From the NCBI GenBank assembly GCA_963774265.1, contig CAVZDU010000001.1, positions 128,001 through 192,000 of the forward strand: a stretch of 64,000 nt of DNA, in the 5' to 3' direction. Shown here in pieces: positions 41,801 through 50,595 of this stretch (position 1 is its first letter; every line of letters starts with the position of its first letter). Made by a program: the position numbers and the translations under genes. Below the pieces are notes generated by a model, which was not told the DNA's origin, made no database searches, and saw only the letters and a list, made by a program, of their open reading frames with translations. Source of the stretch: an uncultured Chloroflexia bacterium (lineage in GTDB: Bacteria > Chloroflexota > Anaerolineae > CG2-30-64-16).

Positions 41801-44214
41801 CTGGTGCCGTTTTCGGCCTCATTGATCAGGTCGGGCGAGTCGAAGGCCGGCACGGTGTCGATCTGAATCTCGTAGCCTGTGGCGCCGGGCACGTTGAGCC
41901 AGGCAAAGTTGACATCGCCGGCCGGAACCACCTGCCCCCTGGCGGGCGTGAGTTGTACCGGCTGCGGTGGTCTGGCTTCAAGCCAGGCCAGGGCGCGTTC
42001 CATGACACCCGCGCGGTCCGCTGCGTTGTTGATGGCTTCAAAGCCGAAGGCAAAGTAAACCACCTTATAGATGCCTGTGTCGACGTGTAACCCCGCAGTA
42101 CATGAGCCGTTACAGGCCGCCGGCGTAACAGGCGGCGCGGTCGGCGTAGGCCGGGCGGTCGGCGCAGGTGGCGGGGTCAGCGCAGGCACAGCGGTCGCTG
42201 CCGGCGCGGGCAGAGCGGTGGGCGCAGGCGCAACGATCGGGGCTGCGGTCGGCGCAGGCGGCGTAGCGGACGCATCCCCTTGCAGCGGAGCGCCGGTCCG
42301 GTAGGTGAAGGCGACCTCGGCCGGCGCGATGGGATCGATCTCATCCTTGGAGTGCTGGTTGTTGGCGCCGTCACCGCCCGAGATGTTCAGTGCCAACCCG
42401 CCGCCGATGGCATCACCGGTGCGGCCAGCGATGCCATACAGTTCTGTGTTCTGATTCCGAAAGATCGCGTGCAGGTAGCCATTGAGGAAGCCGGCGCCAG
42501 AGTACCAGGAAACACGCTGCGCGATATCCTGCCCGGTGATGAACAGCTTGCCCCCCGCGTCCAGGTAACTCTGCACCGCCGCGCGCTGACTGTCCTCTTC
42601 GGTGAGGTAGCCCTCGAAGGGCGCGGCCCAGATGACGATGCCGCCGGTGTACTGGTTCAGGATCGCGCTGCCCGGTTCGCAGCGGCGCCCCGTGTCCCAG
42701 AGGTCGTAGGCGTAGCCCAGGTGGTCCAGGGCGTTGGTGTAGTGGAGGCGGAACCAGTCAGTATCGTAGCCTCGGTAATCCGGCACGAAGAGGACGTCGG
42801 CCGTCTTGGCAAACTGCGGCAGCACCATGAAGGAGTCCTGATGCGGATGGAGATAGGTATTGCCATCCGTATCCGTGGCGCGGGCGCGATAGGTGACCTG
42901 GCTGCCCTCCGGCAGCGGGCCGACTCGGACGCCCCACACGCCGTCGCCGGCCACATCGTCGTCGTGCGCGCCGTCGTCGACCATCAGCAGGTCGTCCTGC
43001 GCGACGCCACCCAACATCCACACCAGGTGGACGCTGGCCACGCCGGTCTCATCATGGCTGAAAGCACGGAGAGTGATCATGTCGTCGCTCTCCAGGTTGC
43101 ATCGCGGCCGACGCTCGACCCATTCGATGTAGGGCGGTGGGTTATCATCCTCCCGCGCGCCGGGGCTGCCGAACCAGATGTCCTGGTTGCCGCTGCGGAT
43201 GGAGTGCCAGACGAGACCTACCTTGCCGGTCGCCAACGCGGCCAACGTCACCCCGCCGTCGCTCGTGACGAAGCGCGTGAAGACCGTCGCATTTGACCAG
43301 GTGGCGCCCCCATCCGCGCTTGTGCGATACCAGATGTCTTGCTCCTGTTCGTACGCCAGCCACAGGTCTCCGCCGGCCGCCGCCAGGCTGGGCCTGTACC
43401 GGCAACATGGGGCGATCTGCCTCTCGACCGACCAGATCGCGCCGCTATCCGCGCTGCTGCGCTGCAACAGCACACCCTCCCCCCGGTTCCAGGCAACCAC
43501 AATCCGGCCATCTGCGACTTGCGTTATGGTAGGTGCGCGGTCGTCTGCGACGTTGGTCGTGAGCTGGGTATCAGCCGACCAGGTGGCGCCGGCGTCTGCA
43601 CTGGTCTTGTACCAGAGATCAGAGTTGCCCGCGCGATCAGACTGCCACACGATCCAGAGCGCGCCATTGGCCGCCTGTAAGCCCACTGGGTCATAATCTC
43701 TATCGGAATCGGTGGTAAGCGGGTGCTCTGCCGACCAGGTGACGCCTCCGTCGGTGCTGGTGCGGAGCCGAATCTCGCGCTTGACGACCACATAGCCCGG
43801 TTCGACCTCGATCACGCTTTCGAGGTCATAGGCCAGCCACAAGGTCCCATCCGCCGCGCGCGCCAGGCTGTGATTGTTGCGGCAGCAGCCGGCGACATAA
43901 GTCTCATCCCCCCACGTCGCGCCGCCGTCCGTGCTGGTGCGCAACCACAGGGCGCCGTAGCGCGAGAACACCGTCAACAGCTTGCCGCCGGCCGTCTCGA
44001 CCAGCGCGGGCGAGGTGTCATCCGCCTGGTCCGTCATCACCTGCACCACCGGCAAGGATTGTGGTCCCGCCGGTGACCGGGCTGCCGCGCCCGGCGCAAC
44101 CGATAGCGTGGCCGCGTCGGCTTCGAAACACAATAACAGCGTTGCAGCGACTACGAGGCGTAATGCGCAGGACAGAGAGTGCTTGGAGAGGGAGCCGGGC
44201 CTTAGCAATAACAT
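38833..44214 (-). CDS. Large secreted protein (1793 aa): two BNR/Asp-box propeller + acidic DDG + alpha/beta modules, FN3-like linker and Ig-like C-terminal repeats
   Basis: Many S.DGG.TW Asp boxes; DDG.HDD..AGDG.WG motif twice; AAAGGAGGT RBS at ATG 44214; signal-peptide-like N-terminus. Confidence 0.85.
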   Translation of the reverse strand: MLLLRPGSLSKHSLSCALRLVVAATLLLCFEADAATLSVAPGAAARSPAGPQSLPVVQVMTDQADDTSPALVETAGGKLLTVFSRYGALWLRTSTDGGATWGDETYVAGCCRNNHSLARAADGTLWLAYDLESVIEVEPGYVVVKREIRLRTSTDGGVTWSAEHPLTTDSDRDYDPVGLQAANGALWIVWQSDRAGNSDLWYKTSADAGATWSADTQLTTNVADDRAPTITQVADGRIVVAWNRGEGVLLQRSSADSGAIWSVERQIAPCCRYRPSLAAAGGDLWLAYEQEQDIWYRTSADGGATWSNATVFTRFVTSDGGVTLAALATGKVGLVWHSIRSGNQDIWFGSPGAREDDNPPPYIEWVERRPRCNLESDDMITLRAFSHDETGVASVHLVWMLGGVAQDDLLMVDDGAHDDDVAGDGVWGVRVGPLPEGSQVTYRARATDTDGNTYLHPHQDSFMVLPQFAKTADVLFVPDYRGYDTDWFRLHYTNALDHLGYAYDLWDTGRRCEPGSAILNQYTGGIVIWAAPFEGYLTEEDSQRAAVQSYLDAGGKLFITGQDIAQRVSWYSGAGFLNGYLHAIFRNQNTELYGIAGRTGDAIGGGLALNISGGDGANNQHSKDEIDPIAPAEVAFTYRTGAPLQGDASATPPAPTAAPIVAPAPTALPAPAATAVPALTPPPAPTARPTPTAPPVTPAACNGSCTAGLHVDTGIYKVVYFAFGFEAINNAADRAGVMERALAWLEARPPQPVQLTPARGQVVPAGDVNFAWLNVPGATGYEIQIDTVPAFDSPDLINEAENGTSFTYRLATIGTRYWRVRALLDGAWGDWTAARPFSIAAGVVQVTTDQGDDTSPALVETADGRLLTVFVRNASLWSRASTDGGATWAAEIRIDGCCRYNPSLARVVDGTLWLAYDRDGDIWLRTSLDHGVTWSAERQLTSDPAGDPTSDSDPVVFQAAGGTLWVVWQSDRPFYYYSSIWYKTSADGGSTWSSDIQLTRDARDTAPAITQAAAGRLVVVWNRYNWLHQSSSTDGGDTWSDPTPITDVGRDRPGLAAVDGVLWLVYEWGGDIWYRTSVDQGETWSDEAQFTRFVGDDGAPAAVELASGRVGIAWQSDRSDNPDIWFGSPDERKDLNPPPYVLVIEHRPWPNPEDDDTITFRAYAKDETGVASVHLMWTLDGVAQADLRMFDDGMHDDGAAGDGMWGIQHGPLPVGSQVTYRARATDDEGNSYRCPGQNSFRVLPKFVKTAAILFVADAGGNDTPSDTTWFRPYYTRALEALGYRYDPWDTGLRGEPGSAILNQYTAGGVIWAVPYSGHATDSRFESVLHLQAYLDAGGKLFITGQNIAQFQAYWYGEDFLKNYLHATFRQEDTGLYALAGAADDPIGGGLALNISGGDGANNQYSKDEIDPIAPAEVVFTYRAGASAMLAEPIRPAEAAPAAPLDANRQPQPHAPATPAASAASAPAGNVGSGTAGLRFDAGAYKVVYFAFGFEAINSAADRIAVMERVLNWLGIPALTGVYLPLVFAPQPSTIDSFWADRYQLEPGECTSIHWSVTNAQAIYLDGQAVTGEGTRLVCPAATTEYFLTVIRSGMTITRRLAIIVTPGGDVDAAFWAEQYTLPAGGCTTLHWRVVNVLTVYLDGEGVAGVGTRQVCPMDTQYYTLEITDTAGTATIKEIALFAGAPILGDTEVIGQGIVDEVVQRADVNPSDQGDQPGYDITIDGLRLLFTGASGYSQSAITLRLPQSVIDLGENGPVHWPVRPGQQVEFRVRCEGSDCFFDYANDAYLYWRSE

Positions 44215-44263
44215 AGTACCTCCTTTGCCAAGGGGCCAGACAATCACGTGTGAGGGCAATGCT

Positions 44264-44292
44264 ATTCTAGGACGACGAGGATTCGACGTCAA
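44264..44292 (-). promoter_or_regulatory. Sigma70-type promoter of the BNR gene
   Basis: TTGACG-17-TAGAAT. Confidence 0.7.
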
Positions 44293-44370
44293 GGGGGAAT
44301 TGATTACAAACAACGTGCCAGGCAACGCTGGCGCGCGCCTGGCACGTGAGACTGAGCCGTCCTGCAGCTG

Positions 44371-46538
44371 CTACAGCTTCGCCTTCACGACCTCCACCAC
44401 CTCCGGGAAGTCGATCCCCAGCTCTCGCAGCTTCTCCAGCGTCGGGACGCCGTTCGCGTTCCAGCCGCGGCGCTTGTAGACCGCGTCGATCAGCTCCTCG
44501 TACTGCGCCTCACGATACCTGCGCAGCGCCGCGACCTTCTCAGGCGTGCTCATTCCCGCCGGATCGATGCCGGCCTTCTCGCGCAGTTGCTTGTCGTAGC
44601 GCTCGACACGGCTCTCGTATTCCTCCATCGTCACCGGGCCGGCCGAGCGGTAGGGGATCGCATCGTCCGCGCGCGTGCCATGGCCCATCTTCAGGTTGAA
44701 GACGCGCTGGAAGTTGTAGACCCGCTCCGACATGAAGATCAGGTCTTCCTTGGTCACTTCCCGGCCGGTCGTGCCGGAGAAGAGCGCGACGTAGTTCGCC
44801 ACGTGCTCGGGCACCTTGGCCGGCTCGGCGGTGAGCGCGTTGTCTGCCGGCTCGATGTCGTTCCACGGCAGCTTGCACAGCCCGTTCAGCCCGAACCAGG
44901 TGCGCCACATGGGGAAGTAGTGCAGCGCCTCGGCCTTGTCCTCGAACGTGGGGATGTGGTTGTTCACCATGTCCATGAAGATCAGCCAGGCCTCGTCATG
45001 CTGCGCACCCTTGTTGGTCATGCCGTAGCCGCCCTGCTGCGCCAGGCTCTCCTTGGTCATGTACTCGGAGTACTCCATCCCCTTGTTTTCCATGCCGATG
45101 TCCTGGACGAACGCCGGGTCCGCGCCGTAGTGCTCGGCAAAATACTGCTTTCATTGCGCGTACACCCATGCCCGCGATCAGGCCGAACCCCTCGCCCGCG
45201 CGCCATCCGGTGCAGCAGCTCGAGCGCGGCCGCGGCATTGCCGAAGCGCAGCTCCAGCCCGCCCGTCTTCGTCTCGTCGAGGATGCCCGCCTCGTAGCAC
45301 TCCATGCAGAACGCGGTCAGGGTGCCGAAGGAGATCGAGTCGATGCCGTAGGTGTCACAGTAGAAGTTCAGCTCGATGATATCAGGCGGGTTGAAGATGC
45401 CCAGGTTCGAGCCGCAGCCTGCGACGGTCTCGTACTCCGGCCCATCCACCGTGACCTCCTGACCCATATACGGTCCCGTGCGCACGTGATAGCCATCCAC
45501 ACCCTTGGAGCACGCCATGGTGCAGCCGTAGATGCACGAGTCGGGATGGGTCTGGGTGAAGAGGTTATCCCAGACCGTGGACCGGATCTTGGGTGTATCG
45601 GGGTGCTGGCCGAATTTGAAGTTGTGCACAGGCAGCAGGTCGTAATCGTCCATGATCTCGACCAGGTGCGCGGTGCCCACGCGGCGCATCTTGTTCTGCT
45701 CGTCGTCGAGATCGACGATCTCTTTGTTGATGCGCTGGCCGACCGCGCGGATGCGCTTGATGTCGACCGGGTCGTTGGCCTCGGCCTTGAGGCCGGTGCG
45801 GCGGACCACGATGGCCTTGATCTTCTTGTCGCGCAGCACGGTGCCCAGCCCGCCGCGGCCGGCCTGCTTCACGCGCACCTTGCCTCGCTTCGGGTCGTAC
45901 CAGCTCACGTTCAGGCAGCCGATGCTGGTGTGCTCGCTGCCCTGTCCGGCCGAAACCACCGAGATATTGCGCTTGTCGCGCTCGTCCTTCGCGTACATCT
46001 CGGTGAGCTGCTCGGTCACCAGGTGGGTGTCCACCGCCTCCAGCGCCGCGGACTCGATGGTCACGCGGCCCTCATCGCCGTCGATGAAGATGACCACTTC
46101 TTCCGCAGCCTTGCCCTGCACCTCCAGCGCATCCCAACCCGCGATCTTCAACAGCGGCGCGAAGTAACCGCCGACGTTGCTGTCCACCACGATGTTGGTA
46201 AGCGGCGAGATGCCCACCACCAGCGACTTGCCGGTGCCGGGGTAGAGGATCGCGCCCGCCAGGGGGCCGGATGCGATCACGAGCTCGTTCTCGGGATCGT
46301 TCCATTTCGTCTGCCCCGTGACCGCGTGCCACAGCCGCCACAGCCCGAAGCCCTTACCGCCGACGAAGATCTCCTTCATCTGCTCGGTGACAGGCCGCGA
46401 CTCGATCTGGCCGGACGAGATGTTCACGTAGAGGGTCTGGCCCGCGTACCCGTGCTGGACCTTCGGGACCGCATAGGTGTATTCGGCCAGGATGTAGTGT
46501 GCTTTCCTGATGTCGCTAACTGATCCCAGGGTCGACAT
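44371..46538 (-). CDS. aor: Aldehyde:ferredoxin oxidoreductase (W/Mo) family protein (frameshifts near 45150-45200)
   Basis: GG.GFG, ISPLT..VVDSNVGG, AGRGGLG.V...K.IKA, GPEYET, CD.YGIDSIS, ER..NFQR.FN, RGW..NGVPT.EKL. Confidence 0.9.
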
Positions 46539-46625
46539 TGACTCCTCCTGAAAAGATGGGGCTGGCGCCCACGCCTTGAGAGGCGATAGATTGCTGAAAC
46601 CATTATAGTCACATTCGGCCGCGCC

Positions 46626-46645
46626 GCCATGACATAGGTCATGGC
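46626..46645. promoter_or_regulatory. Perfect palindromic operator upstream of aor
   Basis: GCCATGAC-atag-GTCATGGC, about 27 bp upstream of a minus-strand TATAAT at 46603-46608. Confidence 0.6.
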
Positions 46646-46662
46646 CCATGCCTTACGGCATG

Positions 46663-48282
46663 CAGCAATTCTAAATATGGCGGGGAGTGGTAGACTGGGA
46701 GGTGAGCCAGCGAATCCGGCGTGAGGTGGGGCGAGGCATGGGTGGGAAACAGGTAAGGTTCAGCGAGTTGCTGCGGTTTTTGCGGGCCAGCCTGGAACGG
46801 ATTCCGGAGCACCGGCGGGGTGAGAACGGGCACTATGCGATTGCGGATGCCGGGCTAGCGGCTTTCTCGGTGTTCTTCATGCAGGAGCCCTCCTTTCTGG
46901 CCTACCAAACGAACCTGCAGGAGAACCACGGGCGCAATAACGCCAAGAGCCTGTTTGGCGTGGCGGAGATTCCCAGCGATGGGCAGACTCGCAATCTGCT
47001 CGATCCAGTCGATCCGGTCCTGCTGGGCGAACCCTTTTGGGCGAGCTACGAACTGCTGGCCCGGCGTGGGGCGCTGCGGGACTATCACGGTGCGACTGGT
47101 AGTCAGTTGGTGTCGCTGGACGGCACGCAGTCCTTTGCATCCCAGAAGGTGCACTGTGACAACTGCCGGGTGACGGTACGCGACGGACGTACCTATTATG
47201 CGCATCAAGTGTTGCTTGCAGTAGTGGGCGCGCCCGCGCAGCCGCACGTGGTCTGTCTGCCGCCGGAGTTCATCACGCCGCAGGACGGGGCAGACAAACA
47301 GGACTGCGAGCAGCGGGCCATCAAGCGCTGGGTCAAGCAGCATGCCGGGCGCTTTGCGCCTTGGAGTACGACCGTCTTGACCGACGATCTGCATGCGCAC
47401 CAGCCGGTCTGTCAATTACTCTTGGATCACCACCTGCACTTCATCCTCACCTGCAAACCCGACTCGCACCCGACGCTGTACGAAGAGTTGCAGCTTCTGG
47501 AGCGGGTCGAGGGGGCAGTGGGAAGCAAGCGCATCCGGCGCTGGAACGGCCGCCATCATGAGGTCTGGCAATATCGTTGGGCGAGTGAGTTGCCGATCCG
47601 CGAAGGGCAGGACGCACTCAAGGTCAACTGGTGTGAGTTGCGGCTGATCAACCAGGAGAGCGGCGAGCAGCTGTATCACAACGCCTGGCTCACCGACCAC
47701 GCTTTGGACGAAACTTCAGTCGAGGCCGTCGCCCAGGATGGGCGGAGCCGCTGGAAGGTCGAAAACGAAGGCATCAACGTGCTCAAGCAGCGCGGCTACC
47801 ATTTCGAGCACAACTACGGACATGGCGACCAGCACCTGGCCGCTGTGCTTTTGAGTTTGCTGCTGCTGGCCTTCCTGTTCCACACGGCGCTGGACCTGGC
47901 CTGCCTGATGTACCAGGCCATCCGCCAGAAGCTGCGCACCCGCCGCAAGTTCTTCGATGACCTGCGCGGCTTGACGACCTATCTCTACTGGCGCAGCTTC
48001 CAGCACCTGCTCAGCTTCATGTATCGCCAACTGGAGTTGGGTCCGCCAGCCCCAGCCTAATGCCCGATGGGCCTGACCGCCCATTGATCCCGGCCCCGGT
48101 CGGAGGCTGTCGCCTGTCCAGCGCCAGCGCCCAGTGCCGCCAGCTCCACTCCCGGCCGCCCGACCCGCCTCTTTCCGGCCCTCAATCTGCCACCGCGGCT
48201 GTCCACCCGCACGCAGGCAGCCCCCGGCTACCTCCGACCTTGACTTCACCGGCTTGGAGCCATGCCAAATTCAGAATTGCTG
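46663..48282 (+). mobile_element. Insertion sequence (DDE, ISNCY/IS4-superfamily-like), 1620 bp
   Basis: TIRs cagcaattctaaatatggc / cagcaattctgaatttggc; 9-bp TSD TACGGCATG at 46654-46662 and 48283-48291. Confidence 0.92.
46738..48060 (+). CDS. DDE transposase
   Basis: SLDGT, KQDCE, DDL, RSRWKVENEG.N.LK..GY.FEHNYGHG. Confidence 0.92.
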   Translation: MGGKQVRFSELLRFLRASLERIPEHRRGENGHYAIADAGLAAFSVFFMQEPSFLAYQTNLQENHGRNNAKSLFGVAEIPSDGQTRNLLDPVDPVLLGEPFWASYELLARRGALRDYHGATGSQLVSLDGTQSFASQKVHCDNCRVTVRDGRTYYAHQVLLAVVGAPAQPHVVCLPPEFITPQDGADKQDCEQRAIKRWVKQHAGRFAPWSTTVLTDDLHAHQPVCQLLLDHHLHFILTCKPDSHPTLYEELQLLERVEGAVGSKRIRRWNGRHHEVWQYRWASELPIREGQDALKVNWCELRLINQESGEQLYHNAWLTDHALDETSVEAVAQDGRSRWKVENEGINVLKQRGYHFEHNYGHGDQHLAAVLLSLLLLAFLFHTALDLACLMYQAIRQKLRTRRKFFDDLRGLTTYLYWRSFQHLLSFMYRQLELGPPAPA

Positions 48283-48390
48283 TACGGCATGGGGCTGAGT
48301 TGCAGGGTCGCGCGTTGTATGATAGTCTTGCAACGTTATTTATTGGTTGCAGTGAGCGTTCTTGTCGTTCATCTGGCAAGGAGCAATTCA

Positions 48391-49551
48391 ATGGCCTCTT
48401 TCCTGCAACGCAAGTGGGTGCGCATCGTGCTCTTGGCCCTCGCCTTGGCGGCCGGATTAGCGATCGGTTTGGTCGGGATCGGTTGGGGGCTCTGGCCTGT
48501 GCAATGGTCCGACGCGCTGGCCGTGGATCTCGCGCCCGCCGAGAAGGAGAAGTACCTCGACGTCGTCGCTGAATCCTATACGATCAAGCGCGACGTGACC
48601 GCGGCCCAGGAGCAGCTTGCTACATTTGCGCCTGAGGAGCAGCCCGCACTGCTGGCAGACGTCCAGACGCGCGTCGCGCGCCGACTGCAGAAAACCGAAA
48701 ACATCCTCGTGCTCGGCGACGACAGCCACCACAACTACGCGATCTGGCGCACCGACTCGATCATGGTCATCGCGATTGACCGGGAGAACCGGCAGGTTGG
48801 CGTCGTCAGCATCCCGCGCGATCTCTACGTGGACATCCCCGATTACGGCATGGAACGCATCAACGTGGCCGACTACATCGGAGAAATCAGGGAGTATCCC
48901 GGGGGTGGGCCCGCGCTCGCGGGCCGCGTGATCTCCGACACGTTGGGCATCCCGACGCAGCACTATATCCGCGTCCACCTGCAAGGCCTCGTCAAACTGG
49001 TCGACGCGCTCGGCGGTATCACGGTCAAGCTGGACTGCCCGCTATACGAGATGGAAGCCTTTCAGAACAAGACGACCGACGCGATCGAATACACCACCTG
49101 GACCTTGCCGGCGGGTGAAGTCCACCTCAACGGCGCCGATGCCCGCAGATTCGCCACCTACCGCTATGCGACGAGCGACTTCAGTCGCAGTGCGCGCCAG
49201 CAGCAGATCATCTGGGCGCTGCGTAACCGGGCGCGCGAGATCAATCTCATCCCGCGGCTCCCGGAGCTGTGGACCGCCCTGGGCGATCTTTACTCGACCG
49301 ATCTCACCCTGGTTGACGTGGCCAAGCTGGCCCAATTCGGCATGGACCTCGACTCCTCGAATGTCCACAGCCTCTCGCTCAACATGGAGGTGTTGGACAA
49401 CTTCGAAAACCCTGCAGGCGCCTCGTTGTTAGTCATCGGCGACAAGGAGTTGTTCGAACTGAAGAAGGAACAGCTCTTCATGCAGAAGCCGATGGAACGG
49501 CTGGGGAAAAAGGACGCGGGCGAAGAGTGCCCGCCTCCGCCGGCGCAGTAA
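48391..49551 (+). CDS. LytR-CpsA-Psr (LCP) family protein
   Basis: NILVLG.D, RTDSIM, SIPRDLYV, LVDALGGI, DF.R..RQQQ. Confidence 0.9.
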   Translation: MASFLQRKWVRIVLLALALAAGLAIGLVGIGWGLWPVQWSDALAVDLAPAEKEKYLDVVAESYTIKRDVTAAQEQLATFAPEEQPALLADVQTRVARRLQKTENILVLGDDSHHNYAIWRTDSIMVIAIDRENRQVGVVSIPRDLYVDIPDYGMERINVADYIGEIREYPGGGPALAGRVISDTLGIPTQHYIRVHLQGLVKLVDALGGITVKLDCPLYEMEAFQNKTTDAIEYTTWTLPAGEVHLNGADARRFATYRYATSDFSRSARQQQIIWALRNRAREINLIPRLPELWTALGDLYSTDLTLVDVAKLAQFGMDLDSSNVHSLSLNMEVLDNFENPAGASLLVIGDKELFELKKEQLFMQKPMERLGKKDAGEECPPPPAQ

Positions 49552-49570
49552 GTGACGGCCACAACCAAGC

Positions 49571-49697
49571 TGCCGGACGATAAATCACCCGGCTACCTCG
49601 CAACGCTCGGTCAACCGGGCTATTTCGGCGTAACCACCTCACGTAAGCCCGCTTCAACGGGCGCTGTTGGGTAGCCCGGCGACTTTAGCGCCGGGCG
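49571..49697. repeat. REP doublet / REPIN-like element
   Basis: Inverted GTAG-capped palindromes (gtagcccggcgactttagcgccggg and ccggacgataaatcacccggctac) with inner agcccg...cggg(c) hairpins. Confidence 0.7.
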
Positions 49698-49703
49698 GTG
49701 GCT

Positions 49704-50477
49704 TCATTCATGCGCACGCTCGGTCCGGATGACCAGCACCTGGCTCGCTTCGCCCGCACCCAGCGCCACCCGCCTGTCGCGCAGGAGCACGATCAGCGGC
49801 CCGTGGCTGGTGGCCTGCAGCACCTTGAGCCCGGTCCCCGGCGCAAAGCCGAGGCCTGCCAGCCGCCCCCCAAGGCCGGAACCTCCGGTCAGGCCCGCGA
49901 CCACCCCGGCGTCTCCTGCCTGCAGGCTGCTAAGGGGTATCACGGCGCCGGACACCCCGGCGGCGCCGGCTGCCCCAGCGGCGCCGGCCGCGCCGCCGCG
50001 CGGCGCCTCTGCGCCTTTGGGGTGCGGGGTTTTCCCTCCCACCTCTTGCTCCTGCGCTTCGCGGCACTCGGCACAGAGGCCCGTCAGATCGATGCGGACC
50101 TCCTGCACGTCGTAGCCGTACTCATCCCCCACGGAGGCCGCCAGCTCTTCTACCAGGAAGGTCGAAAACTCGGTCACCCGGCCGCAGCCGCGGCAGATCA
50201 GGTGGTGATGCGCGGCCGCCGCCTTCAGCTCATAGTGGTGGTGATCCTCGCCCAGGTGGACCTCATCCACCAGCCCCAGGTCGCGCAGCAGGCTCAGCGT
50301 GCGGTAGACCGTCGAGAGGCTCAGCCGCGGGTTCTGCTGGCGCGCGAGCGTGTAGATCTGGTCCGCGTCGAGGTGCTCCCCGTGTGCGCGGATGATCTCC
50401 AGAAGCAGGCGGCGCTGCTCGGTGACGCGGCGCCGCGTGGCGTGCAGGGTGGTTTCCAGTGGGAGCGGAGCGGGCAT
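49704..50477 (-). CDS. Fur-family regulator fused to a FeoA domain
   Basis: R.TEQR, STVYRTL, HHHLICRGCG, C..C; then PLSSL..G..G.V..L.GG...RL..LG..PG..L.V....GP......R.ALG.GEA. Confidence 0.88.
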   Translation of the reverse strand: MPAPLPLETTLHATRRRVTEQRRLLLEIIRAHGEHLDADQIYTLARQQNPRLSLSTVYRTLSLLRDLGLVDEVHLGEDHHHYELKAAAAHHHLICRGCGRVTEFSTFLVEELAASVGDEYGYDVQEVRIDLTGLCAECREAQEQEVGGKTPHPKGAEAPRGGAAGAAGAAGAAGVSGAVIPLSSLQAGDAGVVAGLTGGSGLGGRLAGLGFAPGTGLKVLQATSHGPLIVLLRDRRVALGAGEASQVLVIRTERAHE

Positions 50478-50486
50478 GGCGGCCTC

Positions 50487-50516
50487 GGTTATTGAGAATG
50501 GGATGCAATTGCAATC
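50487..50516. promoter_or_regulatory. Candidate Fur box
   Basis: AT-rich gttattgagaatgggatgcaattgcaat immediately upstream of the Fur-FeoA start. Confidence 0.5.
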
Positions 50517-50595
50517 CTACCGCCGCCGGCGAAGGTTGTCAACACTGCGCACCGATGATACCATCTCACCTGTTCCGAAAAGGAGAGACCTCAGC

